Positions 17,347 through 25,978 of a DNA stretch of 32,000 nucleotides are shown here, piece by piece (the first letter of the stretch is position 1; each line of letters starts with the position of its first letter). The translations under genes were made by a program, and so were the position numbers. Source of the DNA: Pseudomonas aeruginosa (GTDB taxonomy: Bacteria; Pseudomonadota; Gammaproteobacteria; Pseudomonadales; Pseudomonadaceae); the NCBI RefSeq assembly GCF_001457615.1, contig NZ_LN831024.1, positions 3,960,001 to 3,992,000 on the forward strand. The letters are read 5' to 3'. Below the pieces are notes generated by a model that saw nothing but the letters and a program-made list of their open reading frames with translations, searched no databases and was not told the origin of the DNA.

Positions 17347-19770
17347 ATGAGGCGCGCCAGCCTGCATATGTTGCTCTGCCAGTTCGCCATGGCCCTGGGC
17401 CTGCTCCTGAGCCTGGGCAGCGAGGCCTGGGCCGCCAGGCCGGCTCCGCAGGCGGCCGTCGACCTGGAAGCGCCGCCCGCCCTGGCCGAGGACGCCAGCC
17501 TCGACCAGCTCAACGCGCAACTCGACCTGATCCGCCAGCGCGTTACCGCCGACGCCAGCGACGACCTCCTCGCCGAGTTGCGCCAGAGCGCGCTGCAAGT
17601 CCAGCGCCAGGCCGACGCCCTGCTCGCGCTACGGGTGGCCGACATCGAGCGGCTCGACGATCAGTTGAAAGTGATCGGCCCGCCGCAGCCCGACGAGGCG
17701 GAAAGCCTCGCCGCCCAGCGCCAGGCCCTGACCCGGCAGAAGAACGCCCTGCTCGATGACGAACGCCAGGCCACCCAGCTCGGCCAGTCGTCCCGCGACC
17801 TGGCGGCACAGATCGTCAACCTGCGCCGCAGCCTGTTCAACTCGCAGATCAGCAGCCGCGCGGCGACACCGTTCAGCCCGAGCTTCTGGTCGACCCTGAT
17901 CCGTCCCACCGACGACGACCTGCGCCGGCTGGACAAGCTGAAGGCGGAGGCCCTGGTCGCCTTCGACAGCGCCATCGCGCCCGGACACCGCTGGGCCTTC
18001 GCCGGAACCCTGCTGGCCACCGTGCTGGTCTGGAGCTTCGGCCGCCGCCTGCTGGAGCGCATGCTTACCTGGGCGATGATCCGCTGGCTGCCGGAAGGCC
18101 GCCTGCGGCGCAGCGCCCTGGCCCTGGCGGTCGGGCTGGCGACCATCCTGACCATCGTCGGCGCGGTGTCGCTGATGCGCTGGGGCCTGGAAAGCAACGC
18201 CAGCCTGAGCCCCGACATGGCCAGCCTGACCGATCAACTGGTGAGCCTGGCGACCTTCTGCGCCTTCATCGCCGGCCTCGGCCGCGCCCTGCTGATGCTG
18301 CCGCGACCATCCTGGCGGCTGCCGGCGATCCCGGACAGGATCGCCAGCGCCCTCGGCCCGTTCCCGGCGATCCTCGCGGTGGCGCTGATGCTGGTGGCCA
18401 CCGAGGAACGGATCAACAGCGTCACCGGCACCAGCCTGGCCCTGACCGTCGCCCTCAACGGCCTGACCGCGCTGGTCACCGCGCTGATCTTCGCCGCCGC
18501 CCTGCTGCGCTACCACCATGTGCGGCGCAAGCACGACCTGGAGCGGCCAGGCGGGATCGCCGGGCTGATCCCCTTCGTCGCCTCGGTATGGATCGCGGCG
18601 ATCCTCCTCGCCCTGTTCACCGGCTACCTGTCGCTGGCCTACTTCCTCACCGGCAAGCTGCTGTGGATCAGCGTAATCGCGGCCACCACCTACCTGCTGA
18701 TCGCTTTCTTCGGCGACATCTGCGAAACCCTGCTCTCGCCCAAGCATCCCAGCGGCCTGGCGCTGGCCAATGCGCTCGGCCTGTCGCCGCGCCACCAGGC
18801 CCAGGCCAGCACGGTGCTGGCCGGGGTCGGCCGCACCCTGCTGCTGCTCACCGCGCTGCTGCTGGCCTTCCTTCCGGTCGGCTCGAGCCCCAGCGAACTG
18901 CTGCAGGGCTTCGCCCAACTGGGCGAAAGCAGCAAGACCCTGGGCAACCTGAACATCGTCCCGCAGGACATCCTGGTCGCCCTGCTGCTGTTCGTCGGCG
19001 GCCTGTTCGCCCTGCGCATCGTCAAGCGCTGGCTGAGCGAGCGGTTGCTGCCGGAAACCAACATGGACGCCGGCATGCGCGCCTCGCTGGTGACCCTGGT
19101 CGGCTACCTCGGCTTCGTGCTCCTGGCGATGCTGGTGATGTCCACCCTGCGCATCAACCTGACCAGCCTGACCTGGGTGGTCAGCGCCCTCTCGGTAGGC
19201 ATCGGCTTCGGCCTGCAGGCCATCGTGCAGAACTTCATTTCCGGCCTGATCCTGCTGACCGAGCGGCCGGTGAAGGTCGGCGACTGGGTCAGCCTGGGCG
19301 GGGTCGAGGGCGATATCCGGCGGATCAACGTGCGCGCCACCGAGATCCAGATGGGCGACCGCTCCACGGTGATCGTGCCGAACTCGCAGTTCATCTCCCA
19401 GACCGTGCGCAACGTGACCATGGGCAATGCCCTCGGGGTGGTCGGGGTGAACCTGACCCTGCCGCTGGACACCGACGCGATGAAGGTCCGCGAACTGCTC
19501 CTGCAGGCCTTCGCCGAACACCCGGCGATCCTCGACGCACCGGCGCCCTCGGTGACGTTCAAGGATCTCGCCAGCAACGGCCTGGTGCTCAACGCCAGCG
19601 GCTTCGTCAACAGCCCGCGTTCGGTGGCCGGCGCGCGCAGCGACCTGCTCTTCACCATCCTCGACCGCTTGCGCAGCGAAGGCATCGCGCTGTCCTCGCC
19701 GCAGAGCCTGCTGATGATCCAGGATGGCGGCCCGGCCAGCGCCGCGCCTGCGCCCGCGACGCCCGATTGA
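17347..19770 (+). CDS. MscS-family mechanosensitive channel protein with large periplasmic/coiled-coil N-terminus
   Basis: 807 aa; signal peptide, coiled coil, multiple TMs, and MscS core ALSVGIGFGLQAIVQNFISGLILLTERPVKVGDWVSLGGVEGDIRRINVRATEI. Confidence 0.92.
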   Translation: MRRASLHMLLCQFAMALGLLLSLGSEAWAARPAPQAAVDLEAPPALAEDASLDQLNAQLDLIRQRVTADASDDLLAELRQSALQVQRQADALLALRVADIERLDDQLKVIGPPQPDEAESLAAQRQALTRQKNALLDDERQATQLGQSSRDLAAQIVNLRRSLFNSQISSRAATPFSPSFWSTLIRPTDDDLRRLDKLKAEALVAFDSAIAPGHRWAFAGTLLATVLVWSFGRRLLERMLTWAMIRWLPEGRLRRSALALAVGLATILTIVGAVSLMRWGLESNASLSPDMASLTDQLVSLATFCAFIAGLGRALLMLPRPSWRLPAIPDRIASALGPFPAILAVALMLVATEERINSVTGTSLALTVALNGLTALVTALIFAAALLRYHHVRRKHDLERPGGIAGLIPFVASVWIAAILLALFTGYLSLAYFLTGKLLWISVIAATTYLLIAFFGDICETLLSPKHPSGLALANALGLSPRHQAQASTVLAGVGRTLLLLTALLLAFLPVGSSPSELLQGFAQLGESSKTLGNLNIVPQDILVALLLFVGGLFALRIVKRWLSERLLPETNMDAGMRASLVTLVGYLGFVLLAMLVMSTLRINLTSLTWVVSALSVGIGFGLQAIVQNFISGLILLTERPVKVGDWVSLGGVEGDIRRINVRATEIQMGDRSTVIVPNSQFISQTVRNVTMGNALGVVGVNLTLPLDTDAMKVRELLLQAFAEHPAILDAPAPSVTFKDLASNGLVLNASGFVNSPRSVAGARSDLLFTILDRLRSEGIALSSPQSLLMIQDGGPASAAPAPATPD

Positions 19771-19774
19771 AGCG

Positions 19775-19821
19775 AAGGGGCGGACTGGCCGTCACGCAAC
19801 GGGTAGAATCCGCCCCTTTTT
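19775..19821 (+). terminator. Rho-independent terminator after the MscS-family gene
   Basis: AAGGGGCGGA (19775-19784) ... TCCGCCCCTT (19809-19818) perfect 10-bp stem followed by TTT, giving a T5 run. Confidence 0.75.
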
Positions 19822-19836
19822 CAACGCCGAACCGCC

Positions 19837-20778
19837 ATGAATCGCGAAGCCCTCGATACCCTCCTCCAGCACCTGCTCGCCGCGCTGTCCCCGGCGCCGG
19901 CGGAGACCCGCCGTCTGTTCCATGGTCGCGGCCGCTGCTGGCCGGGCCTGGAACAATTGACCGCGGACTGGCTGCAGGGCGTCCTGCTGGTGACTCTGTT
20001 CAAGGAGCCGCAGCCGGAGGAACTGCAGGCCTTGCGCCGGACCCTGGGGCAACTGACCACGGCGCCGGCCTGGGCTGCGAGCCAGGGCCGGCACCTGGTC
20101 CTGCAGCACCGCTACCGCCCAGACAGCGCCTGCGAATGGCTTTCGGGCGAGCCGCTGGAAACCTGGGACATCGTGGAAAACGGACTGCGCTTCCGCCTCG
20201 ACCTGGGGCGCAACCAGAACACCGGGCTGTTCCTCGACATGCGCCTGGGCCGCCGCTGGGTGCAGGAGCAGGCCGCCGGCCGCCGCGTGCTCAACCTGTT
20301 CGCCTACACCTGCGGCTTCTCGGTGGCGGCCATTGCCGGCGGCGCCAGCCAGGTGGTCAACCTGGACATGGCCCGCGGCCCGCTCAACCGCGGCCGCGAC
20401 AATCACCGCCTGAACGGCCACGACCTCGGCCGGGTGAGCTTCCTCGGCCACGAACTGTTCAAGTCCTGGGGCAAGCTGCGCAAGCTCGGCCCGTACGACC
20501 TGGTGATCGTCGATCCGCCGAGCTTCCAGAAAGGCAGCTTCGTCCTGACCCAGGACTACCGCAGGATCCTCCGCCGCCTGCCGGAACTGCTGGTGCCCGG
20601 CGGCACCCTGCTGGCCTGTATCAATGACCCGGCCATCGGCCCCGACTTCCTCCTCGAGGAAACGGCCCGCGAGGCGCCGTCGCTGCACTTCGTCGAACGC
20701 CTGGAGAATCCGCCGGAGTTCCCCGATGTCGACCCCGCGGCGGGCCTCAAGGCGCTGCTGTTCCGCAACGCAGACTGA
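19837..20778 (+). CDS. Class I SAM-dependent methyltransferase, RlmK/RlmI-like (23S rRNA methyltransferase family)
   Basis: NQNTGLFLDMRLGRRWVQEQAAGRRVLNLFAYTCGFSVAAIAGGASQVVNLDMARGPLNRGRDNHRLNG... DLVIVDPPSFQKGSF. Confidence 0.88.
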   Translation: MNREALDTLLQHLLAALSPAPAETRRLFHGRGRCWPGLEQLTADWLQGVLLVTLFKEPQPEELQALRRTLGQLTTAPAWAASQGRHLVLQHRYRPDSACEWLSGEPLETWDIVENGLRFRLDLGRNQNTGLFLDMRLGRRWVQEQAAGRRVLNLFAYTCGFSVAAIAGGASQVVNLDMARGPLNRGRDNHRLNGHDLGRVSFLGHELFKSWGKLRKLGPYDLVIVDPPSFQKGSFVLTQDYRRILRRLPELLVPGGTLLACINDPAIGPDFLLEETAREAPSLHFVERLENPPEFPDVDPAAGLKALLFRNAD

Positions 20779-20813
20779 TCGACGCGCGGGCGGCGTGTCG
20801 CTAGGCTGTCGGC

Positions 20814-21572
20814 ATGGACATGCCCGATGGCTTCATCCCCCTGCCGCCACGCGTCGAACCGCAGGCGGCCTTTCGCCCCCTGCTCGACGACCTGCGCCGA
20901 ACCCTGGCCCGGCCTCCGTTCGAGCGGGCCGTGCACAGCATCTACCTGTACGGCAGCGTCGCCCGCGGCGAGGCCATCACGGGGCGCTCCGACCTCGACC
21001 TGACCCTGGTCCTGCGCGACCCGCCCAGCCCCGAACTGGCCGCGCAACTGGAAACCGCGCGCCTGGCATTGCAGGCGCGCCACCCGGAAGTCAGCAAGAT
21101 CGATTTCGATATCGGCCACCTGGACCAGGCCCGCGATCCGGCCAACCGCGATAGCTGGGGCTATTGGCTCAAGCACCGCTGCCGCTGCCTGTGGGGCGAA
21201 GACCTGGCCAGCGCCCTGCCGCCCTTGCGTCCGGCGAAAGCCATCGCCCTGGCCCTCAACGGCGACTATGCGCAGGTGCTGGAAGACTATGCGCGACGCC
21301 TGGAAAGCGCGTCCTCGGAGGAGGAGCGCCGCCGCCTGCAACGAGAAGCGGCGAAGAAGCTGATCCGCTCCAGCGACATCCTTCGCGGGGAGACGGAGAG
21401 CGTCTGGCCGGAGACCCTGGAGCATTACCTGGCGCTGTTTCGCGCGCGGCACCCCGGACAGGCGCCGGCCCTGGAATATTTCAAGGCCGTGCTGGACGAC
21501 CAGGTCACCGACCCGGCGGTGTTCATCGAGCGCCTGCGCGCATTCAGCGCCTGGATGCAGCGCCAGGCGTAG
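20814..21572 (+). CDS. Nucleotidyltransferase-domain protein
   Basis: IYLYGSVARGEAITGRSDLDLTLVLRD: pol beta-like GSxxRG...SDLDL motif; 252 aa. Confidence 0.85.
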   Translation: MDMPDGFIPLPPRVEPQAAFRPLLDDLRRTLARPPFERAVHSIYLYGSVARGEAITGRSDLDLTLVLRDPPSPELAAQLETARLALQARHPEVSKIDFDIGHLDQARDPANRDSWGYWLKHRCRCLWGEDLASALPPLRPAKAIALALNGDYAQVLEDYARRLESASSEEERRRLQREAAKKLIRSSDILRGETESVWPETLEHYLALFRARHPGQAPALEYFKAVLDDQVTDPAVFIERLRAFSAWMQRQA

Positions 21573-21591
21573 CCCGCCGAGACGGTCGTCC

Positions 21592-23571
21592 TCAGCGTCG
21601 GGCCAACAGGGCCGTGGCGCCCTGGGCCTTGCGCGTGTACCAGAGCACCCGGCTGACGCCACGGGTGATCGCCACGTAGGCCAGGCGCAGGCTTTCGTCC
21701 TCCATGGCCTGGTCGTAGCTGTTGCGGAAGAAACCCGATGCCGCGTACAGCGCGTTGCGCAACGGATGCTTCTCGCCCGGCAGGCAGTCGTCGACGACGA
21801 TCGCCACTTCGGCCTGGAGGCCCTTGGCGCGATGGATGGTCATGCCCTTCACCGGCAGCGCGCGATCCAACTCCGCCTGGATCGCCTGCAACGGCTCGTT
21901 GCGCCGGCTCAGCAACAGCACCGCGGTGCGCTCGCTGCGCTCGCGAGCGGCGGCGTGCTCGCACTGGGCGCGGATTTCCGCCAGTAGCTTCGGCAGTTGC
22001 GCACGCAGGTCGAAACGCTGCACCAGCTTCACGCCATGGTCGCCCGGCTGGATCGGGCGGAACGCGCGGCAGGTCTTGTCCTGCTTGAAACGCACCCCGG
22101 CCAGCACCTTCTCGCCGTCGCGAATGATCGGTTCGACGGAGCGGTAGTTGGTTTCCAGCACCAGCAGCGCGCTCTTGCGTCCCCGCCCACGCGAGGGGAA
22201 GTGCCGGTCGAAGTCGATGAACAGCTCCGGCGAACTGCCGCGCCAGCCGTAGATCGACTGCCAGTCGTCGCCGATGGCCATCAGGCTCGGCGCGGTGCCC
22301 TGGTTCGCCAGGCGGCGGTGCAACGCCTGTAGCCAGAGGACGATCTGCGGCGAGACATCCTGGAACTCGTCGATCAGCAGATGGGTGAACGGCGCCAGCG
22401 CCGTTTCCGCCAGGGCCCCGCCGGCCATCCGCTCGCCGAGCTGCTGGAACGCGGCGTCGAAGGTCATCAGGCCCTCCTCGCGCAACAGCGCCTGGAACCT
22501 CGCCCAGAACAGTGCCATGGCTTCGACGAAGATCTTCTCGCGCAGCCCGCATTCCAGCTTGCCACTGTCCAGGCGTTCGACGCGCAGGCCCAGGCTCTCG
22601 GCGAACCCGGCCTGGGCATGGAAGGCTTCGTACAGCGGCAGCGCCTGGAACTCGCCGGCCAGCTTGAACGGCTCCAGCGGCGCCTTCGGCTGCCGCCGCG
22701 CGCCCTCTTCCGGCTCCGCCGGCGGCGGCAGTTCCAGCAGCTTGTGGGTCTTGGCGCGGAACGCCGGGCTTTCCGCGTAGCACTGCTGGTAGGCCTGCTT
22801 CAGCAGGCGCTGCTGGGCCGGACGCAGGCGTCCGGCGGCAAGGGGGTTGTCCGGCTCGGCGGCGGGGTCGCGGTCGTCCAGTTGTTCGAACCAGCGCGGA
22901 TTGCCGAGCACCTCGCGGGCCAGGCTGCCGAGCGCCGAATGGAAAGTGCGCACGCACTGCCGCGCCTGGGCCGCGTCGAACGGGTACTGCCAGTGCGCGA
23001 GCAACCGCAGCAATTGTTCACGCAACTGCGCACAGGAAGCGTTGGTGAAGGAAATCACTGTCAGCCGCTGCGGCTCGACGCCCAGGTGGCAGAGCATGAA
23101 CACCACCCGCAGGACCAGGGTGGTCGACTTGCCCGAGCCGGCACCGGCGAAGATCCGCGCCAGCGGCTGGCGGCAGAGGATCATCGCCCACTGTTCCTCG
23201 GACGGCGGGCTGACCACACCGAGCGTCACGGCCTGCGCCACCTGCTCGCGCATGGCGCGCTCCTGGGATTCGTCGACCTTCAGTGCGGCAGCCGGATAGA
23301 TTCCCTGCGGCGCGCCCTGCGAGGCGGCAGCGGGCTTGCGCGGGGTCCCCCGAACGGCGCCCTTCGCAGGCTTGCCGGCGGCCTTGGCCGGAGCCTTCGC
23401 GGCGTTCTTCCTGGAGCGGGCCTTGGCCGGCTGCAACAAGGCTTCGCGAGCCTCGCGCTCGGCCTGCAGGTAGGCGGTGGTACGCGGGAAACAACGCGCC
23501 AGGGCGCTGGAGAGCATCGACTTGTAGCGCCGTACGGCAGACAGCATCGGGGACCGGTCCAGACAAAGCAT
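21592..23571 (-). CDS. UvrD/Rep-family superfamily I DNA helicase with basic Ala/Lys-rich segment
   Basis: FAGAGSGKSTTLVLRVVFML (Walker A), LLIDEFQDVSPQIV (Walker B), IGDDWQSIYGWRG, ETNYRS, LRLAYVAITRGVSRVLW (motif VI). Confidence 0.93.
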   Translation of the reverse strand: MLCLDRSPMLSAVRRYKSMLSSALARCFPRTTAYLQAEREAREALLQPAKARSRKNAAKAPAKAAGKPAKGAVRGTPRKPAAASQGAPQGIYPAAALKVDESQERAMREQVAQAVTLGVVSPPSEEQWAMILCRQPLARIFAGAGSGKSTTLVLRVVFMLCHLGVEPQRLTVISFTNASCAQLREQLLRLLAHWQYPFDAAQARQCVRTFHSALGSLAREVLGNPRWFEQLDDRDPAAEPDNPLAAGRLRPAQQRLLKQAYQQCYAESPAFRAKTHKLLELPPPAEPEEGARRQPKAPLEPFKLAGEFQALPLYEAFHAQAGFAESLGLRVERLDSGKLECGLREKIFVEAMALFWARFQALLREEGLMTFDAAFQQLGERMAGGALAETALAPFTHLLIDEFQDVSPQIVLWLQALHRRLANQGTAPSLMAIGDDWQSIYGWRGSSPELFIDFDRHFPSRGRGRKSALLVLETNYRSVEPIIRDGEKVLAGVRFKQDKTCRAFRPIQPGDHGVKLVQRFDLRAQLPKLLAEIRAQCEHAAARERSERTAVLLLSRRNEPLQAIQAELDRALPVKGMTIHRAKGLQAEVAIVVDDCLPGEKHPLRNALYAASGFFRNSYDQAMEDESLRLAYVAITRGVSRVLWYTRKAQGATALLARR

Positions 23572-23717
23572 GTGGCTGAATCATAAGTGTTTTCCGCCCT
23601 CGGCCGACAGTCGGACGCGGACCGCCCATCGCGCCAGGGCAACCCTTGCGCGACCGCGCCGGTCTACCCTTCGGGCCCTGCCGGCCTGCCAACTCAGCGA
23701 AAACAAGGAGCCTACCC

Positions 23718-23945
23718 ATGAGCGATTGGGCAATCACCTACAGCAAGGACGAAGCCACCGAGCGCCAAGTCCTGCCGTTCCCCCACAAGCCGAGCCCCGA
23801 AGAGGTCGCCGAGCACCTGCTGGAATGGGCCGAGGCCAACCTCAAGCCGGGCCACTACAGCACCGGCAAGCTGGAAAGCGACGAGCCGGCGGAACTGCTG
23901 CTGCGCCGCTTCGGCATCGTCGTCACCGGCATCGCCGAAGCCTGA
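23718..23945 (+). CDS. Small conserved-looking hypothetical protein (75 aa)
   Basis: MSDWAITYSKDEATERQVLPFPHKPSPEEVAEHLLEWAEANLKPGHYSTGKLESDEPAELLLRRFGIVVTGIAEA, preceded by AAGGAG at good spacing. Confidence 0.8.
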   Translation: MSDWAITYSKDEATERQVLPFPHKPSPEEVAEHLLEWAEANLKPGHYSTGKLESDEPAELLLRRFGIVVTGIAEA

Positions 23946-23953
23946 TCCCTCCC

Positions 23954-23975
23954 GCGACCGGCAGACGCCGGTCGC
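23954..23975 (+). terminator. Terminator-like hairpin after the 75-aa ORF
   Basis: GCGACCGGC-AGAC-GCCGGTCGC, perfect 9-bp stem starting 8 nt after the stop; only a TT tail. Confidence 0.5.
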
Positions 23976-24075
23976 TTCCGCCGATAAACGCCTGCTCCGC
24001 CAAGCCTACGAACGCGCCAGCCGCGTACCTGGGCCGCTGGGCCAAGCGACGGTTTTGCTCCGGCCACACAGCATC

Positions 24076-24708
24076 TCAGCGCTCGCCAAGGGCGGCGAGA
24101 TAGGCGCAGAGCATATCGGCCAGGGCCTCAGCGTAACGCTCGATCTCCGCCTCGCTGCGCGGCTGTTCGGAGAACTGCTTGCCGACCGCGCCGAGGGTGG
24201 TGGTGAGCAAGTCGCCGGCCAGGCTGCGCTCGGCCTCGGCGACCTCCGGCAAGGCCTCCCGGAGAAACGCCTGGAACACCCGCGCGCCCTCCGCCTTCAC
24301 CTCCCGCGCCTCGTCGGCGTCGCGATACAGCGGCGCCGCGTCGCTCAGCGCCACGCGTATCGCCGCCTCTTCGCACTCCGAGCGCACGAATGCCAGCACC
24401 AGCCGGCGCAAGCGCTCCAGCGGCGGCCGGGTGGTGTCCTCGAGGATCTCGCCGAGCAGACGCGTGGTGCGCCGCCACTCGTCGCTTTGCAGGCGGAAGA
24501 GGATCGCCGCCTTGTTCGGGAAATACTGGTACAGCGAACCGATGCTCACCCCGGCGCGCTCCGCCACCCGCGCGGTGGTGAAACGTTGCGCGCCTTCGCT
24601 GGCCAGAACCTGAACAGCCGCCTCCAGGATGCTCGCCACCAACTCGCTGGAACGGGCCTGCTGCGGCTGCTTGCGCGAGGAAATACGCGGGTTTCGCTTG
24701 TCGCTCAT
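24076..24708 (-). CDS. TetR-family transcriptional regulator
   Basis: VQVLASEGAQRFTTARVAERAGVSIGSLYQYFPNKAAILFRLQSDEW HTH; 210 aa. Confidence 0.93.
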   Translation of the reverse strand: MSDKRNPRISSRKQPQQARSSELVASILEAAVQVLASEGAQRFTTARVAERAGVSIGSLYQYFPNKAAILFRLQSDEWRRTTRLLGEILEDTTRPPLERLRRLVLAFVRSECEEAAIRVALSDAAPLYRDADEAREVKAEGARVFQAFLREALPEVAEAERSLAGDLLTTTLGAVGKQFSEQPRSEAEIERYAEALADMLCAYLAALGER

Positions 24709-24800
24709 GGAAGGCTCCGGAATGCGAATGGCGGAATGCGATGAATCCGTCGCATTCTAGGTCCACGCACTTACGCGCTCAAACATTCCCGGAGCCATCC

Positions 24801-25466
24801 ATGAATACCCTCACCAACGCCCCGCTCGCCGATCTCCTGCAACGCCTGTTCGCCGAAGCCGAAGCCAGCGCACCGGGCGACAGTCCCGCCCTCGCCGACC
24901 TCTCGGAGGCCGAACTGAAGCGCCTCATGGGCAGCAAGACCGAATACCGCGAGTTCTACGGCCGCCTGAAGGACCTGGCGCTGCCCGTCTCCCGCGAAAC
25001 CGGCTGCCTGCTCTACATGCTGGCGCGCAGCAGCTCGGCGCGCAGCATCGTCGAGTTCGGCACGTCCTTCGGCCTGTCCACTCTGCACCTCGCCGCAGCG
25101 CTGCGGGACAACGGCGGTGGCCGCCTGATCGGCAGCGAGTTCGAACCCTCCAAGGCCGAGCGGGCACGGCGCAACCTGGCCGCCGGGGGGCTGCTCGACC
25201 TGGTGGAACTGCGCGAGGGTGATGCCCTGCAAACCCTCGCCAAGGACCTGCCGGACAGCATCGACCTGGTCCTGCTGGACGGCGCCAAGGCGCTCTATCC
25301 GGAGGTCCTCGCCCTGCTGGAAAGCCGCCTGCGCCCCGGCGCGCTGGTGATCGCCGACAACGCCGAGCATAGTCCCGAGTACCTGGCCCATGTCCGCTCG
25401 CCGGCCAACGGCTACCTGACGACGCCCTTCGCCGAGGATGTCGAGCTGTCCATGCGCCTGGGCTGA
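24801..25466 (+). CDS. Class I SAM-dependent O-methyltransferase-like protein
   Basis: IVEFGTSFGLSTLHLAAALRDNGGGRLIGSEFEPSKAERARRNLAAGGL...IDLVLLDGAK; divergent from TetR gene; start at ATG 24801. Confidence 0.85.
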   Translation: MNTLTNAPLADLLQRLFAEAEASAPGDSPALADLSEAELKRLMGSKTEYREFYGRLKDLALPVSRETGCLLYMLARSSSARSIVEFGTSFGLSTLHLAAALRDNGGGRLIGSEFEPSKAERARRNLAAGGLLDLVELREGDALQTLAKDLPDSIDLVLLDGAKALYPEVLALLESRLRPGALVIADNAEHSPEYLAHVRSPANGYLTTPFAEDVELSMRLG

Positions 25467-25543
25467 AGCCTAGCGACTGACGGCGTCTCGCGGGTTTGCT
25501 AGGGTCTGGCTCATGCCGCCCGGACAGCTCGAAGGAGACCCGT

Positions 25544-25951
25544 ATGACCCGTGACCGACTCGCCGAGCGCTACCGCGCCTACATCGACTGCCTGAACCGC
25601 CAGGACTGGGCGCGCCTGGGCGACTTCGTCCATGACCGGGTGCGCTACAACGACGTGCAGATCGGACTCGACGGCTACCTGCGGATGCTCGAAGGCGACT
25701 TCCTGGCAATCCCCGACCTGCGCTTCGAGATCGAACGCCTGCTCGTCGATCCGCCGGGCGTCGCCTGCCGCCTGCACTTCGACTGCACACCCAGCGGCCG
25801 GCTGTTCGGCATCCCGGTCAACGGCCAGCGGGTACGCTTCGCCGAGAACGTCTTCTACGAATTCGAAGACGAGCGCATCGCCGGCGTCTGGTCGGTGATC
25901 GACAAGGCGGCGGTCGCCGCGCAGGTTCAGGCGACGCCGCCGTCGTCCTGA
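25544..25951 (+). CDS. SnoaL-like/NTF2-fold protein (ester cyclase-like)
   Basis: MTRDRLAERYRAYIDCLNRQDWARLGDFVHDRVRYNDVQIGLDGYLRMLEGDFLAIPDLRFEIERLLVDPPGVACRLHFDCTPSG...; start at 25544 after GAAGGAG. Confidence 0.82.
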   Translation: MTRDRLAERYRAYIDCLNRQDWARLGDFVHDRVRYNDVQIGLDGYLRMLEGDFLAIPDLRFEIERLLVDPPGVACRLHFDCTPSGRLFGIPVNGQRVRFAENVFYEFEDERIAGVWSVIDKAAVAAQVQATPPSS

Positions 25952-25978
25952 GGCGCCAGGGCACTGCGGGCCGACCAT

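Noticed and set aside
17629-19521. 630-aa minus-strand ORF antisense to the MscS-family gene
   Set aside because: Gln/Gly/Ala-rich shadow ORF without domain signatures.
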